From the NCBI RefSeq assembly GCF_023055435.1, contig NW_025964361.1:31062001-31126000 (forward strand): DNA of 64,000 nucleotides, given 5' to 3'. The number at the start of each line of letters is the position of its first letter. The first letter of the stretch is position 1. Made by a program: the position numbers and the translations under genes. The notes under the pieces were generated by a model that did not search any database, was not told the origin of the DNA, and was given only the letters and a program-made list of their open reading frames with translations. This DNA is from Haliotis rufescens. Taxonomy: Eukaryota. Of this stretch, positions 1-13,460 are shown piece by piece.

Positions 1-157
1 AGGATCGATCCACGTAATTGGGATACGATGACATGCATCAACCAAGTCAGCAAGCATGATCACCCGATCCCGTTATTCGCTTCTTACGACAAGCATAGTC
101 GCCTTTACAGCATGCATATGTTGCTGAAGAACTATTCAACCCCAAATCTTCACGGGG
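1..157 (-). mobile_element. SINE-like family S4 (no tRNA head), truncated by window edge
   Basis: Matches the S4 copies at 7073-7324 and 17251-17518. Confidence 0.85.
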
Positions 158-258
158 ACCGCTGACATAGTTCACGGTCATGTCTTAGTAGTAGTTAGTT
201 GAAGTACTAAAGCGGCGTCATATTCCATCACACTCTATCCCTGTCATAAGTGGAAAAG

Positions 259-638
259 GACCCGACCTGGGAGCGGAAAATCGGGGATTCGATCCGTCAT
301 ACTTAAAGACGTTAAAAGATGGTATTTGTTGTTACCCCGCCTGGCGCTCAGCATTAAATGCTGAAACAAGGACTAGACGGCTCGGAGTCAGTAGACTGTA
401 TCTGAGTGGGGTAGTCATGTTAAACTGCGGCATGGTATATCAGTGGACTAGCACTATAACATCGGCATTAGTCTGGACTAGTACAAGCACACACACACAC
501 ATACACACACACGCGCACGCGCGCACGCTCGCACGCACGCACGCGCGAGCCCCCACTCAAGCACACACACATACACATGTACACACACACTCGTGGCAAT
601 TATCTTGGACGCGACGTTAAACCCAATTTGGTTTCACC
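259..638 (+). mobile_element. tRNA-derived SINE family S2 (Meta-type core), diverged copy with expanded CA/CGCA microsatellite
   Basis: B-box-like gattcgatcc, core gtcatacttaaagacgttaaaagatggta..., tail cttggacgcgacgttaaacccaat. Confidence 0.85.
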
Positions 639-808
639 CTGTCATGATATGACCCAATGGCGATAAATCAAGGGCTAGCACAACAAAACCGGCTTAAGAC
701 CAGACTGGTACAAACAGCGAAAAACACACGTGACGTTAAATCTCAATTCATCTCAAATGTGGTGGTGTATGCGTAAATATCTGGATGATGCTGTAAAATC
801 CCACTTAC

Positions 809-3090
809 TCCCCATATCATGAGTGTACTCTCATACCGTAGCCTCACAATCTGGTTGCCACTACCAGCACGCAGGTGTGAACCCTCTGGTAGTGAACAAA
901 CAAGAATGCCATCTTGCGTTGTCAGTGTAACATTAGGCAAGACGGAGTTACCTCTCTTATACCACTCACGTCATGTTGTCTTCAGGAAGCGTTGCAATTC
1001 AATGAAGTAATGTTCAAATAATGTACTCACGGCATAATTCTGAAACATAAGAAATGTTCAATATTTATTTTTCTCTAAATAAATTATTTGAGTTTATTAA
1101 ATAACGATGTATGATATGTGTTTAACAAATTAATTACACTCCAGCAACATAAGCATTCCATTCCATTGTGGTTGCATCCGCGAACATAACATCCCTTTTC
1201 GCGAACACCTGGTCTCATCACTATTTGATAGTGATTCATAAACACATGTACATGGTATGGTCGGAATCGTACAACGAACTCGTTATTTTTATGAATATGG
1301 AAAGCGCTTTATAGCTTATATTTAAACATAAACTAAAATTAAAGGAAACATCGTTAGATTGTGAATAAGTTTTAAAACGTGGCTACAGGAAACTGAATTC
1401 AGGTTGATAACGATTGTCTATGCACACCAAAATCATCTTACTGTAAGAAGTCAGTACATTTTGAGAAAACAATTGTCTCTGAAAATATATTTGATTGATA
1501 GAAACAAGGGATTCCATTCAAAATAATTTCATACTTTTAAGTTAACACTGTTTCTTTCATGCTGATTGGCTGAATGGGTAGTCACGTGACTAGCTCAGAG
1601 GTTCACACAGTTTAACCAGCGCTTTTAAAATCGTTCACACTTCAATGAACCCATCCAAACTGACGTTCAATTCTTAATTGAAAAGGAGCCCCAATGATGT
1701 GGGAAATTTAGGGAAATCTAGGCTTGCATCATTTGACGCTTTGGCATTACAGAAGGGGCTGGGCAAAATAATATAAGGGAAATAATATGACACAGGGACT
1801 GTGAGGCAGGTTAAACAACAACGTACAGGAACTTTAACGTGCGCTATTGGAGGAGTGGGACCGCATACCCAATGATGTCATTAGGTGGCTTACGTCATCG
1901 ATGAGGCGACATGTCCTAGGCTTCCCGAGGAGTTCACGCTCAATAATGATGTCATTACCAACGCTCTATGAAAGTGTTCAGATGTTTGTTATCACACTTT
2001 CTGTGAAAGGTTACAGTAATGACAACAGGTGTATTTGATGTTAATTCATCACAGGGCTATTAGTGCCATGGAATTGTCGTTTGGCTCGTTGTATAAATAG
2101 TGATGAAACTTCAAAATGCATTCAAATAAAATGTGTACATTTCGTCGTTTGCTTTTTATAAGCAGTCCATGTCAATGTATACTTTCTTGTGATCAGTAGT
2201 GTATTTGAGACTAGGTACAGTTCGGGACGAAGTACGTGTGATGCCACTTACTGGTTAGGTCTGGTTGAGTGAAGCTAAAGGTAGTTTTCCCCAAAGTAGT
2301 AGCTGTATCTGGTCTCTGATTGGCCACACAGTCCCCCGGGTTCTGAGACAGCTGTATAGTGTCGCCCTCCTTCTGTAAAGCCTGTAGGAACAAAACGAGT
2401 TTCTCACATACTTAGGGGCGGTCGGGTAGCCTAGTGGTTAAAGCGTTCGCTCGTCACGCCAAAGACCCGTGTTCGATTCCCGACATGCGTACAATGTGTG
2501 AAGCCCATTTCTGGTGTCCCCAGCCGTGATATTGCTGGAATATTGCGGCGTAAAACCATACTCACTCGCTCACTCACTCACTCACTTACATACGTATTGT
2601 ATGTGTCAAGTGCTGAAGAACGTAATGCATGGTAAGTGTAGTCATAACAAATCTATTCAAATCATGTTATCACTTATATGTTATCTTGAGAGAGAGAGTG
2701 ACAGTGGTTTAACGCCGCTTTCAACAGAATTCCGGTCGTGTCAACTTAATGTGGGAGGAAAGCCCGAAGAGATAATGAAACCCAGGAGCCCCGGCATGAT
2801 ACTGAGAAACCCAGAAATTTCATCAGGGTGAACGGGATTTGAACTCATGACCCCCTGTTTCTGGCACGCTCTGTGACACAACTCTGCACAGCGAATCTTG
2901 GCGCCTTTGACGCCTGCTCCTATATCAAGAGATGATTGAACGATCCTCATCATAATGTTATATCTGTTACAGATCAGAAACAAAGTGTAAAATGACTGAA
3001 TTATTTTGATGTTTATTTCATCGCCCAGTTACTTAAAAGGATAGCATCAAAAGAAAAAGAAAGACAACATATTTTATTTTTTTATAATTT

Positions 3091-3125
<35 letters not shown>

Positions 3126-3126
3126 T

Positions 3127-3157
<31 letters not shown>

Positions 3158-6100
3158 GGGGGGGGTCTAATCCTAGCATAGTTAGTCTATTGTGTTTTTG
3201 TAAGCCATATTGAACTTCTTAATGATATTTAGTCAGTCCGCCAACTAAATGGACCAAATGTTTTGTCATTTTGTAAAATGACTGAAATATTTAGGCATTT
3301 AATAAATTGCCTATTTGAATCACATTTTACAAATTTACTGTAACACCGGATATCAAGAGCAAATAACTTAACCATGGTTATAAGCAGTCCAAGACGTATT
3401 TGAGATTAGGTAAAGCTCGGGGTGAAGTACGTGTGATGCCAAATACGGGTTGTTAAATAGTTAAGTGTGGGCGTTTATACATATCAAGGTTAATTCTCCG
3501 CCTTCATATAGTTTAGGCCTCGCTGTATGATGGCTCATATTACAAAGAGCTGACGCAAGTGAAAACTATTGTAAATGGTTGAGAAGATATGTTACTACTC
3601 ACTATACATGTGTATCTGAATGTGTTTGTGTCGTTGACTTCGTTATCGTTGTTGTAGACGTGGAGGAAGGTGATGTTGCCGCTGCGAACCTCGTGCACAC
3701 AGATCACACTGCCGTTGGCTGGTGGAGACAAAATACATGTGCAACTTGGCTTGTGTTAGCTTGTGCAACAGTTAGTGGATGGTCCTTACCGCCGCATCAG
3801 CTGGGAAGCAGATGAGGCACCCTTGGTTCGATAAAGTATGTTATTGATGCCACCCTCCCTGATAATGCTAGAATATTGCTGTGTCTCCGAATATTCCCAC
3901 ATTCACTGCCTACTGTAGCATGACACCATCGTTTTGCCCTTGAATATTGACATAGATACCACATAAGGATGATGGTTTTCCAATCATCTGTTGAGATAAG
4001 AGCGGCATGGGTGGTGGCACGGTCATCTACACCGCCGGAATTCGTTGTGCTAAGTTGTATTAAGTAATGTGTCGAAAGCTATATATTACTTAGTATAATT
4101 TGCATTACGCACAACCATAAACTAAGTAATATATTCTTGATTCTGAGTAATGTATTCTTGGGAATCGAATGCAAATGTATCCCTAATGAATTCTCATTTT
4201 ACAACTATACAAGTACAGAGCACTGTATGCGCACAAGGAGCACAGACTGACTTGTGGTATCCAGTGCCCAATCAGGCAGATACAGAAACACGAAGTCATA
4301 CAACAACTTGCGCAAGCGGGCCTGTAGTTGATAGCAGGCGCAGCGGCCGGCAATATATTGACAGGGACGTGTTGGACCCTCGTGACGATCCAGTGACAGG
4401 GACCTGATGGACCCTCGTGACGATCCAGTGCCCTGGATCTGATGGACTCTCGTGACGATCCAGTGCCAGGAACCTGATGGACCCTCGTGATGATCCAGTG
4501 CCAGAGACCTGGTGGATCCTCGCGACGATCGAGTGCCAGGCACCTGATGGAATGCCTCATGACGATCCAGTGCCACCAACTGTCTTCACCAACTTATCCG
4601 ACTAACGGGATAGGGTGTCAGGCTCGGTGACTTGGTTCACTGGCAGAAATAGTTAGTCTACTTACTTACTCAGTGAATTTCACAGTCCAGTCCAGTCAGA
4701 TAAAACAAATACTTGTCAGGAGATTTTACAAACCAGTATTTACTTATTAGACTGGAATAGGTGACCTGTCGACGACTGGTACAATTTACTAATCAGTTAG
4801 TAGAGATTACTATCAATCTTTCGAAGAAACTCATAATTTACTAACTGCAATAGTATATTTGCAAGCTTGAAGTATGTTTTGCTGCACTTTAATAAAAGCT
4901 CATTTCTTGGTCATTTTGCGATAATTCCTGTTGACAACTGCTGAAAACAATTTGCAAAAAAACCCAAGTAAATAACATAAACAATACAGGGGAAAGATCG
5001 CATATGATGCTTTCCAGTGCCAGTTTAAATTTACTTACACAGTACTACGAAATACTAATTGACAGGTAAATACAATTAAAAATATATTGTTTTATACTGG
5101 CAAACTTAACAAACCCCCCTTCTTCATTTGGTACTTGCTAAAAAAAACCATTGCATTAATTAACAACGTTAAAAGGCTAATATCTACCTAACACTCGAAC
5201 TCATAATTATCTACTTTTTGTCTCAAAATGGCGAGCCTGACACGAACCAAGGCGGAAGTGAGGATTGTCACGTGGTCTTGACGCCGAAAATGAACTAAAA
5301 CACATATGTGACGTCAATCTCTCCATTCCTTAGAAATAATGGAGCCGCGGCCCTGAGTTACGAGGATGTTCCCTTAATTAAAACACATCCCTACTTTTGC
5401 ACTTTGATGAAACATTGTCTTGTGGAAAATATTTGAAAAATAAAACAGAACTCTTTGCAGTCTGTATGTATACTGTATGAGTCGCCCTTGTGTGATGCAC
5501 GAGGAATACGTTCTCGGTAGCTGTTGCACGTGTACCCAGCTCCGTCGCGAGGTGACATTTACTATGCATGGTACACGGCTCTTCATTATTTCGTGGGGCC
5601 CTAAAGAAGCATTTTATCAATCGCTTGCACGTTGTAAATACATGCTGACGGGGATTATAGGAAATATAGAGACCGGAACAAGGAGTTATATGTGTACCGG
5701 ATCTCGCCAAAGATTAATTAAATTGCTTTAAATACGAACTTTGTTATTGTTACCTACTGTAATACAAAATTATATACATATTATTTATTTACCTTTAAGG
5801 ATTATACGGGGGCCTCGCGTCTATTGTTTTTTTTAGGAATGGAGAGCAATCTTGCAGACAGGATAGGAAATTTGTTGTTTTCGAACCTTCTGGCCGCCAT
5901 CACATAGCTGGATTATTGCTGAGTGGGCCGTTAAGCAAGAAACAAACAAAACACTTTGCTGGTCAGGACATGCCGTTCCACTCACCACTGAACAAGGGCA
6001 GGATAGTGCAGGAGGAGGTGTTGTCCATCTGGATGTATGAGTTGTCCACACAGGCGTCCAAGGAGGCGGGACAAGAGGGGTCCTGGGTGTTGTACACGCC

Positions 6101-9100
6101 GAGCAGCTCCGTGGGGCACGTCCGAGGCCACGACGAGTGGTTACCTGGTTAACAAGGAATAGGAAAATATAGCCATATATAATTTTCTTGAGTCACCTCT
6201 ACGGAGAGATTTATAAGGAATATATTTATTTAGATTGGTTATTTCATGTGTTTGTTGGTGGTATATCACGGAATACACATGTAGAATAATAAATAGAAAA
6301 CTAGCTAGAATATTACGTTTACGACAAGTGTATGTTAATAGGGAACATAAACAGCAAAGCGATAGAAAGTTGACACTTGAAAATTGTATTTGACTGTGCT
6401 GAAAACATTCTCCGAAACACTGCAAACTTTAGGTCCACATTGAGACCATGCAGGAAGAACATTACTGATGTTCTCACGGTTCTAATGCTGATAACCTCAA
6501 TGCACTGCCACATTCAACCCTTCACAATAGCCAGTTATCATTAGTGATGGATGTAGGGCAGCTGCGGCTGCTTTGTCCAATCATCCGTCATCATATCAGA
6601 TCGTAAATAAAACCGGTACTGGTTTTGGAAAACAAGATGGTGACCGGACGAACACCCCACCGGTTAATGTTTTCGATCTGGAATCCTTATAACCCACAGA
6701 GATCATTACCAGACTTTTCTAACGGGACGATCCCTAACCCCGATCAGCAACATACAGACAAGACTCGTTAGACGATGCATGGTTGAGGGGGTACGGTCAT
6801 CGCAGCTTGGGGTGGGGTTGTTTGTTTGTTGTTTAACGCCACACTCAGCAATAGTCCAGCTGTATGACGGCGAGTTGAATGATGCTCTTTGTTGAAGTCC
6901 CATGCTCGACTGTACCTCAAAAGTTGTGAAATGTAGAAACCAAAGGCTGTAGCCGCTGGAATATTGCTCGGCAAATAGGGAATGTTGACTTTAGGGAAGT
7001 TGAAATGATCCCTCTTGTCATACGGTTTGTGGTAAGAATTTGTCATTCTGTATGCATAGATCTAAATATATTTTGTTTGCTTGTTTGTTTTTTAACGCCG
7101 CACTATATGACTGTGGACTGTAACTATTCGAGTCTGGACCAGACAATGCAATGACTGACATCATGAGCATCGATTCACGCAATTGGGATACGATGATATG
7201 CATCAACCAAGTCGGCGAGCCTAACCGCCGGATCCCGTTAAACGCCTCTTTCGACAAGCATAGTCGCCTGTTAGGGCAAGCATGGGTTGCTGAAGACCTA
7301 CTCTACCCCGAATCTTCACGGGTCGCTTTGGGTGGGGTTGTTACTGACTTGTTTTCAGGAAGACGCTGTACATAGTGGTGAGGTAGGAGGACTCTGGGAT
7401 GTCACAGATACGGGACACAGGATCCGAACCCACTTCAGACAGCTTGAGAAACTTAACGTCATACGGTTTCGTTCCGGGGCCTGCACAAAAACGTGAAATG
7501 TCAATGTTCATATTCGCATATCTATCTTCGACTGGAGTGAACAAGAAAAATGAAAAAGATACAATTCAAGCCAAAAATGAGGCAACTTATGGCGGTCGAA
7601 ACAGTACGTGTTTCTTCACATTCTCGTTGTTTTCTTTAAAGCCATCACACACTGACACAAACCTCACAGACAGTGTAACATCATTATAGCCATTGACGTA
7701 TCTGAGTTAGCATTGTCGTTAAAGTGTTCACTCGTCACGACAAAGACCCAGAAAACTGTCACTCAAAGCGATCTAAGTGTTGCGATTGTCTTAAGTCAAG
7801 GTGAAAATAGATAAGATTCACCGCTTTGGAAAATGGGTCTCGGGTCATATTCCCCAATGCGTTGACATACAGAAAGATACCGAGTCGCTAAAGGTATTGC
7901 CTATTCGCCTAAAATGTTGACATAAATGTTGACTCCATGTCGTTCAATGTGTTGTTAAAAAAATCACTCAATATTACCACATGCCAAATACATGCTTTTT
8001 GAGCAAATAATGTTTATCTACATTTGTACTCTTGGAGAATAATTTATGACGTTCGAGGAATTAATGATCATATTATATTACTCTGCGTAAATTACGTTTG
8101 AATAATAACCCCTCAAAGTGACTATAGTGGCTTTGACGACACAATTTCAGTTTATGATCATGCATCCAGAATGAAAGGTGAGTTAATACAAGGACATACG
8201 ACCCCGGAATGAGATACTAGTGTATGTGTAACTCCCACCTGTTTTGGTAGCTTGGACAAAGGTAGCCTTGATGTCGGACACTACAGTCAGGTCCATACAC
8301 AGGAAGATGTAGCGGAACTCAGCCTCACTTGGCAGCTTGTCACCGAGGACGGAGCTGCAAACACGAACCTTCATCAAGCCGTGTCAACAGACAATTTAAC
8401 ATTGGGACGCCACTCTCATGATGTTGTCGGGAAAAGCGGTTTATCATTATGCTTTTCAGAATTCATTTACTTATACACTCTCAATTATAAATAAAACCAT
8501 GACCTGGAAAAGTAATTCAATTTTGGTTGCATGTAACATGTGGACGCTGCATTTTGAACCACTTAAAACCAAAGGTAGGCTTAAGATAATCAACATGAAT
8601 TATTGAAAGATTGCACAGACTTAATTTCACCAAGTGCGATTTTGAGACAAATAAATCTGTTTTCGACGTTCCAATAATGTTTATAAAACCTGCTATCTGA
8701 GACGTAGACGATGTTATGCATGAAATAGTACACGCGTACTGATGTTCATCATCATCTTCGCAATAACGTTATTTGTTCTTTGTGTTCCGACAATTGTCCA
8801 AATAAACAAAAAATTTCATTAAATATATTTTTGTTAATTGTCCTTACCGGATGACATATTTAGATCCATTATTTGCTAAGCAGTCATATTGTTTGCCAAT
8901 ATCTCCCTCCAGCAGTGGCGCGTCGATAAGACCCAGTCCGTCGATGTGCGACACGTTCACGTTAACAACGGAGTTGTATTTGGACAGCATGTAGGACCCT
9001 TGGAAAGTACTCGGAAACTCACAGAGGCTCTGTGTTCCTGGAGGACAGTAACGCTTAGCATGTACTTATGTTAGATTCATACTGGTAGTAAACGTGTTAT

Positions 9101-9738
9101 GTACTTTATAACGAAAAGATGATGCATTTACTCGCTATTATAAGGCTTATGTGAAACCCTGCCGTCCGCCAATCAGGCATCATTAAAAATAAAATGCAGG
9201 GCAAAAGAAAGTATACATCCATGTTTGATAGGGGCTAAAAATAAAACAAAAAATGGTTACTCGATTGTGATGTATGTGATATAGATATTATAGTTATGTT
9301 TTGGACTTCAAGTTTGCAGTGTTTCGACGACACTTTCAGCAAATCAACGTTTTGATATCCATTTTTTACGTGTATACGTGTCTTTCCGGCAGTTTATATA
9401 CTAGTAACATATTGGTACACACATTTGGGGCTTACAGTTTCAAAACATTTAAGTGTAGTCACGTATGATACGTGTAAATAAAGTGCCCTCATTATTTCAT
9501 ATGTAAATTGAGACCAGCATAATCTCATCGATATGTTTCTCACAAAACAAAAAGAAATCCGTTTCATTCATGAAAACTTGTCTCAGTTGGATGTTACGTG
9601 CATCTCATTACTTAAAAGCAAATGTTTCTTATTTCATTTTCTGTTCATGTGAATTCTGTTATTCCTTAAAATAACTGATCACTCACCTGCAACTTCGAGC
9701 AGAATTAGGAGTAAACTCCAACTAAAGTCAATCTTCAT
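809..9738 (-). CDS. Gene A: secreted or cell-surface Cys-rich two-domain protein, paralog of B and C; 3' end probably outside the window
   Basis: Exons (minus): 9738-9687 MKIDFSWSLLLILLEVAG (signal peptide); 9037-8848 TQSLCEFPSTFQGSY...YDCLANNGSKYVIR; 8354-8239 SVLGDK...YIFLCMDL...ATFVQATKTG; 7480-7349 PGTKPYDVKF...RICD...YSVFLKT; 6144-5986 NHSSWPRTCPTELLGVY...CPASLDAC...; 3718-3603 NGSVICVHEV...FRYTCI; 2381-2252 ALQKEGDTIQLSQNPGDCVANQ...; microexon 1039-1031; tentative 885-809 GSHLRAGSGNQIVRLRYESTLMIWG. All introns GT-AG, phases 1,2,1,1,1,0,1,1, 327 codons with no stop. The last exon is less certain. Confidence 0.88.
1031..1039 (-). CDS. 9-nt microexon of gene A (K-L-C)
   Basis: catttcttatgtttcag|AATTATGCC|gtgagt; phase 1-1; homologous position to the B and C microexons. 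Confidence 0.8.
1165..1310 (+). mobile_element. Penelope-like element 3' UTR fragment
   Basis: Similar to 60180-60340, which follows an RT remnant (acctgg..tcatcact..gatagtgattcataaacacatg..tcggaatcgtacaac). Confidence 0.65.
1800..2203 (+). mobile_element. Tc1-like transposon 3' remnant
   Basis: LEEWDRIPNDVIRWLTSSMRR resembles the Tc1 transposase C-terminus; ends in TIR-like tgtatactttcttgtgatcagtagtgTA related to the ~235-bp MITE ends. Confidence 0.65.
2415..2586 (+). mobile_element. tRNA-derived SINE family S1 (GTC anticodon remnant), (ACTC)n tail
   Basis: A-box tagcctagtgg, B-box gttcgattcc, body tacaatgtgtgaagcccatttctggtgtccc, shared tail. Confidence 0.9.
2697..2917 (-). mobile_element. 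SINE family S3 (tRNA-Leu-like head), degenerate
   Basis: Matches 32903-33183. Confidence 0.8.
4360..4575. repeat. 35-bp minisatellite, ~6 copies
   Basis: Unit ggaccctcgtgacgatccagtgccagggacctgat; period 35 (4374, 4409, ...). Confidence 0.9.
6823..7324 (-). mobile_element. Composite retroposed insert: full S4 + Penelope-like RT fragment + second S4 tail
   Basis: Flanked by an 18-bp direct repeat, 6805-6822 and 7325-7342 (17/18 identical); middle translates YDKRDHFNFPKVNIPYLPSNIPAATAFGFYISQLLRYSRA. Confidence 0.8.
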
Positions 9739-11669
9739 AATTAACGTTCAGTTCTCCGCCATTGTAGTCATACACCTGTAGCTATTAAAAGATGACTCCT
9801 TTCAGCGAATGTTTAAGTGTCATATACCGTCACCTTGCGACCTCATAGTCATGAAAAAGAAGAACTTCTCGCCTTTATGGTGTCTCACTTACACAGTGAA
9901 GGTGGCATAGGCTGTATACAACCAGAGATTGACGCCTCGGCCATCAGAGAAAGCTTTGTCGTGAATGTTAAGCCACGAATGAATACGTCTTTCATGGAGC
10001 AATGGCGATAGAAGTAGAGATCTCTGGAGGTAAACAATAAGTCAGTGTGTGACTGTCGCCATTGAGCATTTGTATATGGAGTGTCCGCTTCTCGGTGTTG
10101 AGAGTAATCCTGTTGTGATCTGGCATATATGTACACATAAATATCGGTTGCTTCTTCAGAACCTGCGTCGATCTTATATATGTGTGTATTAAAGAATATT
10201 GCCTAACGTATGTTGCCGTGATGTTTATCTTGATAAATACATTCAGATTTCATGTTGGGGTTGAATGAATGTTTGAAGCTAATTAAACACATGACAAACG
10301 CTGAGTTCAATTTTGATTCAACTGTAAAAGAACTTAGATAATTAAAGCGTACATGTATTATTTTCAAACGGGTGCTATCGTTTATCATCATTATTTCATA
10401 CTGTGAGGATATAATTTCTGGTGCTGGAAACATGCATGATGGTATATCCTGTGAAAAGGGCATTAATCGGAATTATCACGTTTGTACATGTGATACACCA
10501 TAATGGTTTCAACCTATCTGATGAATAGAAAAATTCACTTCACAATCGTTTGGACATGGGATAAACTGCTTTCTCCGTTGCTGAGGTGTTGTTGCGTATA
10601 TCCATAAAGAAATAAAAAGGTTGAAATTGGTTGGTGTTCGTTGGTTGGTTTGTTGTTTAACGCCACACTCAGCAATATTCCAGCTATATGACGGCGGACC
10701 AAACAATCCAGCGATCGGCATTATCCACGCAAGTTGGATAACTCCATAGCCAAGCCGTACAATGTTACAATAATGTGGTTGATAATTGTTTAACGGTACA
10801 TCAGCTATCTTACGGCAACACATGTATCATATGTAGTCGTGTACATATCAGTACAATACAACACCAAACGTCAATAACCGAGGTATATGTAAACATGTGA
10901 GGTATAATGTTTATTCATATCCATAAATAAGGAACAAGAAACACGTAAAAAGGGTTTCCTTCATGTGAGTATCCTCTGACATCAGTGTGACAAAAGGTTT
11001 TCACCATCGGCGTTATCTGTATCTGTTAATTACATTTACACTGTTGATATTCACTGTCACAAAAACTGTAATAATTAAAGTGGCAAAAGCATGTGTTTGC
11101 TCGTGGTAACTTTTATGATGTATTTATATCACTGCTGAAAATATACACCAATGTTTGGTGGTGGCTAAAAAATGAAACAAATGAGAAATGGTTATTCGAT
11201 GGTGATGTATTTTATATGGGTATCCTCGGCGATATTACATGCATCACATCAATGCGTATCTCACAACAGGTCAGCCTTATAACGCTTATGTAACGTCTGT
11301 AATGTTTGGTCAAAACCAATTTTCAAGTGTAAGCATTCTTTTGCCCGGCATTGTATATACCTCCAAGAGTGTATATTTTGTTCTTTTGTGACTTCATGAA
11401 TTAGGAACAGACTGCTATGATACTAATGATACTATAATGTGCTTTGAGCCAATAAAATTCGAATACAAAGTGAACTCACATACACTTAAAAATACCTTTG
11501 TAAGAACAGTAACTATCGATCCAATAATGATGCGCATATTATTTTCTTTCTGCTTTTAATTGTCTATCTATTGACTATCGTATAATTGTATATATTTAGA
11601 CATGAAACCATCAAGTGCTAGACTTCTTATTCTAGATAATCATGGATTATCGATATGTATTAAAACGAT

Positions 11670-13460
11670 AATAACTAATACATATAAATCATCCCAAGGA
11701 CGTATTGGAATTGATGCCTTACATTTAATATTCTCCGACATCCTAGACAGTAACATTCTGAACAGTTACAGTAACATTCACAGGAAAGTGTTTATCATGG
11801 TATATCATGATGTAAAATCCACTACTTATGGCTGCCATCAGCAGTAGGGGGCTGCTACCAGATCATATTGTCACAGGTGACTTCTCTATTGTTGACAATA
11901 CCAACCTTCGACAACTTTAAAATCATTATGGGTGCTATCGAATAAATAAACGGAACAATAGTGAAAAGCAACATGTTGAATGTCTTTCAGGGTAGGTTAA
12001 ATCTGTGCGGGATGTTGTCATTGGAAGAATGCACAAACTGAAGAAGAGGAAACAGAAATGGAACAAACCCATTCTGTCCCACCCAGCTGTCATCCAAAGT
12101 CTGGCTATCCTACACGAAAAGTCTCTAGTTGTTCCCACTAACAAGGCCTAAAAAACATAACCATGATATGTATGCATTGCTTCATTAATTATTTTATCAA
12201 AGAACTTGGTATAAGTGACATATAAAATAATGCGATAATTATAAGTAAGAAAGAAATCTGCCACAACCTGCATCAGTTCAATCAAACAAACCGTACAATG
12301 AGAGATATATTGCTGTGCACCACATGCACCTTCAAATCCCTGTCTCAACGATTAACCATTCCCTTATACAATCAAAGAAGGAGTTTCGTTATATTCACAA
12401 AGATTTTGAGACAACTGGAATTAATACCATATGGATTCTCAAAATTTCAGAGGATTTGCTCGACTTTTTACAATCTCAGAAAAGAACCACGTTCAATTCT
12501 ATGAAAACATTTACTTTTCCAACTTTGCACACCACTATCTGACATGACAAACTTTGGGGAAAACTTCATTCCTTGGGGATTTTCTTACAAAACGTGGTGA
12601 CCACAGATATAGTTACACATCCTTCTTCAGAGGCTCTGGTCAATTTGTTAAAAGTGAAAGCAAATGTTATCTGAAGTTTACTGAGAAAACTGTATGTGAA
12701 ATGCTGGACCTCCTCATTGATAACATCCATGTAAAATTGTGGGGTAGGACATTTAGGCAAGAAGGCATCCCCATGGGCACCAATTGTGCCCCCCTTCTTG
12801 TTGTTCCTTTTTTTTATGCACATTGGAATTTCTGCTCAAAACAAGGTATTTTGGCCAAGAAGTTAAACTTCAGCTTGAGGGATATCGATGATCTGATTTC
12901 GTTCACTAACCATCAAATAGCCAATTCCCGTCAACTGATTTACCCACCTGAACTAGAAATAAAGGAGACCAGATAGACCGCCTCATCTGTTTCATATTTA
13001 GATCTATGATTAAAGATTCAGAGTGACAAAACACTCTCCACAAGACTTTCAAATAGTATACTTTCCTTTTGTGTCGAGTAATTTTCCTGCAGCTTCAGTC
13101 TTTGGTATCTGCATGTCACAACTTTTGAGGTACAATCGAGCATGCCCTTTCTTCCAAGATTTCAAACAGATTCATACGACTCTTGCTCAGAAGGTGTTTG
13201 ATCAAGGTTACAACATGCAAGGTGTCAGTAAGGCTTTCAAAAAGTTTTTTGGTAAACATGTGGAGGACATTTCCAAAAGTGGACACACAAAAATGTCCGA
13301 TGCAATTCCCTATTTGGACTTGTACCGTGGTTTTATTACAGATGAACGATTGACACACGTTCATGATATAGTCGAAATCGGATGATCGACTCTGCTTTTA
13401 GCAGAGGTTTACTATGAATACGGAAAGGGTTTTGTCGCTTTTTCACATTGCATGGTTTCA
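11670..13460 (+). mobile_element. Degenerate Penelope-like retroelement (probably Naiad-type), RT pseudogene
   Basis: Frameshifted motifs HIVTGDFSIV, LHEKSLVVPTNKA, GIPMGTNCAP, RDIDD, IYPPELEIKET, SQLLRYNRAC, QGY; 3' UTR shared with the 59560-60370 copy. Confidence 0.85.

Noticed and set aside
4150-4579. Overlapping 85-125 aa ORFs; superficially CRISPR-like periodicity
   Set aside because: 35-bp tandem repeat with no unique spacers and a period not divisible by 3; eukaryotic context with no cas genes.
12554-13385. RT ORFs as an active or domesticated gene
   Set aside because: Multiple stops and frameshifts, and an altered catalytic motif (RDIDD instead of RYIDD).
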